A DNA stretch of 45,741 bases from a virus (Duplodnaviria > Caudoviricetes): IMG/VR virus record IMGVR_UViG_3300049135_000061, positions 1 through 45,741 of that record; one strand, 5' to 3'. Shown here one piece after another: positions 43,657-45,741 of the stretch. A program made the translations under genes and the position numbers. Positions within the stretch are counted from its first letter, which is position 1, and the number at the start of each line of letters is the position of its first letter. Below the pieces are notes generated by a model. That model had not been told where the DNA came from. It saw nothing but the letters and a program-made list of their open reading frames with translations, and did not search any database.

Positions 43657-43832
43657 CAACGGCCCCAGTGGTCGGTGCAGTACCCCAGGTTCCACGCCGG
43701 CTTGCCGCACGGCGTGCCCTGCTCGTCCACGCGGATGCACTGCTTCTCATCCAGGAGCCCGGCCGCCGACACGGCCGTCTGGGGCCCGGCGGGAGCTGAC
43801 GGCTTGGTCCTGCGCCACTTCCTGCCCGCCAT
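43656..43832 (-). CDS. Small CCCH Zn-finger protein (58 aa)
   Basis: Hand translated; C...C...YC..H; GGGAG RBS; TGATG coupling to terminase. Confidence 0.6.
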   Translation of the reverse strand: MAGRKWRRTKPSAPAGPQTAVSAAGLLDEKQCIRVDEQGTPCGKPAWNLGYCTDHWGR

Positions 43833-43875
43833 ACCCGTCTCCCGCGTCCCTGGGGGCCCTTCTGGGGGCCCAGCA

Positions 43876-43892
43876 GGGGCGGAAGGTACATC
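43876..43892 (-). promoter_or_regulatory. Candidate late promoter motif ATGTACCTTCCGCCCC
   Basis: Upstream of the first late gene; matches the two other copies. Confidence 0.45.
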
Positions 43893-44009
43893 GAGGGGAA
43901 TGCTTGTCCTAGCAGGCCCTCAAATGCCCTGGTTTGAGCGCCGCCTGAAAGTATGTAGGAACACACAAAAGCGACACGCCGGGAAAATTTGACTTTGGGG
44001 TGATTTCGT

Positions 44010-44700
44010 CAGCTAAGCTCGACCCAGCGAAGCTCGACCGGAGGGAACAAGCCCCTCCACTCTCGCCAGCAGCGGACGAAGTCCGCAGCAACGCTCCAGC
44101 TCAGCGCAGGCCCGGCCCCCAAGCCGGGCCTTCTGCATGCTCGGGCCCATAAAGGGCCCAGGGGGAGCCGGCTGAGACCGGCTCAGCATGCTGGGGGGTT
44201 TAGCTGAGATCGATGGTTGGACACCATCGATCGAGCGAGGCCCCCGGGTTTAACACCCGGGGGTCAAAGCGGGCACAAGCAGGGCAAAAGCATGAGCAGG
44301 GGCAGCAAAGCAGCGGCCTCCGGCCGCAGCAGGGGGCCTCGCTCGATCGAGCGAGGTGGACAGTCCCACCCCAGGCATGGGGTGCTCCTGTCCCAGCACA
44401 GCCGCACCTGCGGTGCATAGAGCAAGCCCATGCTGTGCGCCTACGGCGCACTGCTGCGGGGGAGCAGAGCACGCGTGCCCATGGGGCACGCTGCTAGGCG
44501 TAGCAGGCTCGTGCCGGACTGGGAGTCCGGGCACTCACCCTCCGCCGCCGTACGGTCCGTCAGGGCCCGTACGCACCGGCCATCAGGCCGGGAGCTTGAG
44601 CACGCGCATGCTCCGCGCATACGCGCGTGCGCGCGAGGTCGGCGGGCTCAGACGCGCCCCGACAACCCCATCCGCCCTGGACGTCCCTTGGGGACGTCAC
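44010..44700. repeat. Palindrome- and repeat-rich noncoding region (candidate packaging/terminal or origin region)
   Basis: Perfect 20-bp palindrome at 44337-44356, 18-bp inverted repeat 44228-44245/44332-44349, many short hairpins. Confidence 0.55.
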
Positions 44701-44988
44701 ATGCGTCTCAGATGCCACAACGTGCCCGGTGCAAGTTGTTAGTGAGCGTTCGTCATATGCCAGACGCCATGGCCGGGACCTGCGGTTACCCCCGGTTCGG
44801 GCGGCTTGTGATCATGCCGTGACGATGAGTGGTCCACACCACGTCCACACGTGGAGGGATCTTTCACCACAAGCACGATCTTGCTTGTTCCAATCCTCAA
44901 CAGACAGTCGTTCGAGATAAGGCAACCCTCATCTGTGCAGTTCAAAGCGGGTGCGCAAACTTTTTCCGAGAAAGTTTCAGGAGAGGGC

Positions 44989-45018
44989 TTGACTCACATG
45001 TTGCTTGAAGCGCAGTCT
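44989..45018 (+). promoter_or_regulatory. Candidate host sigma70-type early promoter
   Basis: TTGACT-N18-CAGTCT after an AT-rich tract, pointing toward the early genes. Confidence 0.4.
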
Positions 45019-45741
45019 TGGACCACGCCGCAAGGGGGCACCGGAAACGGGAGCAACCGGGCGGAGTCGAGGGACATGAACGTGCCCGCCTTCACGGGTT
45101 GTTCACAGACCTCACAGCACCACCGGCCGACTGGCTTACACGCCGATCGGCACGGGAGAGGCAGATGTGGCCCGTTGGCCATCAGACCCGGTGCGAGAGA
45201 ACCAAGACACAGGTCCACCCGGCAGCGTTCGAGCGTTAACCGGGTGAGCGCATTGGCGCTGAGAGCGTGTACCCGAGCGGATCAGGCGAGATCCGCGACG
45301 ACCGGCACGCGATAGGACTTGGGCGGTACTGATCCCCCGTACCGCCGCACCCGTGAGGGCCAGCAACGGCGTTGTGCGCCGCGTCCAGACCGGGAGACGT
45401 CAAGGGGAGCGTGACCGTGCGGCTTCAGGTAGCCGTACAGGGTCACACACAGACGTTGACAGGCGCCGATGGCGCGGCCCGGCAAGCGGGGCCCACAGCA
45501 TCACTGGACGGCCCTCAGGGCCGCGTACAGCGGCGCCTGTCACTCGTCATGCGGGCAGGGGTGCAACCCCATTCGCTCGGGATGAGCTGGACGCATGCTC
45601 GGCATCCCTGCCCGCTTGATGAGTAGTCGGCCCGGCCTGATCCTCCGGGCCTGATCCTTTGGAGAGGGGATCATCATGCCGAACAACCTCACCCCCAACG
45701 TGCTCGCCGAGATCATCGACTGGGCGAGTGACTGCGCCGGG

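Noticed and set aside
43909-45626. Short ORFs in the large intergenic region
   Set aside because: Low-complexity translations overlapping palindromes and lacking typical codon bias; one 24-codon ORF near 45165 with a GGAGAGG RBS cannot be excluded.
45615-45741. Biological direct terminal repeat
   Set aside because: Exactly 127 bp and cuts through a gene, so most likely an assembler k-mer overlap showing circularity.

Overview
This window looks like the complete circular genome (about 45.6 kb; bases 45615-45741 repeat bases 1-127) of a high-GC, probably temperate actinophage. A Streptomyces host is inferred from WhiB, a GntR/UTRA regulator module and the GC content. The virion gene set is podovirus-like: portal, N4-gp56-like capsid, large internal proteins, and no recognisable tape measure or major tail protein. 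The + strand from 1 to 20.6 kb carries early accessory genes, a GntR regulator, a tRNA-like RNA, a ParB-like protein, a large serine integrase, WhiB, a Cas4/RecB-like nuclease, a DnaB-like helicase, a resolvase and a split primase. The - strand from 43.8 to 20.8 kb carries packaging, lysis, head, internal-virion and tail genes. The most striking feature is in 1-4.4 kb, where most small early genes or gene pairs are preceded by a ~100-nt four-hairpin element. Its stems covary while its loops stay nearly fixed (CTGATTA; TTTGGAGAGG holding the Shine-Dalgarno), and an orphan antisense copy lies at 20.6 kb. Other notable items are a tRNA-like RNA lacking a normal anticodon arm, an IS5-transposase-type HTH embedded in the serine integrase, and a shared motif upstream of three late gene blocks. 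All protein calls come from motif recognition by eye; no database searches were run.
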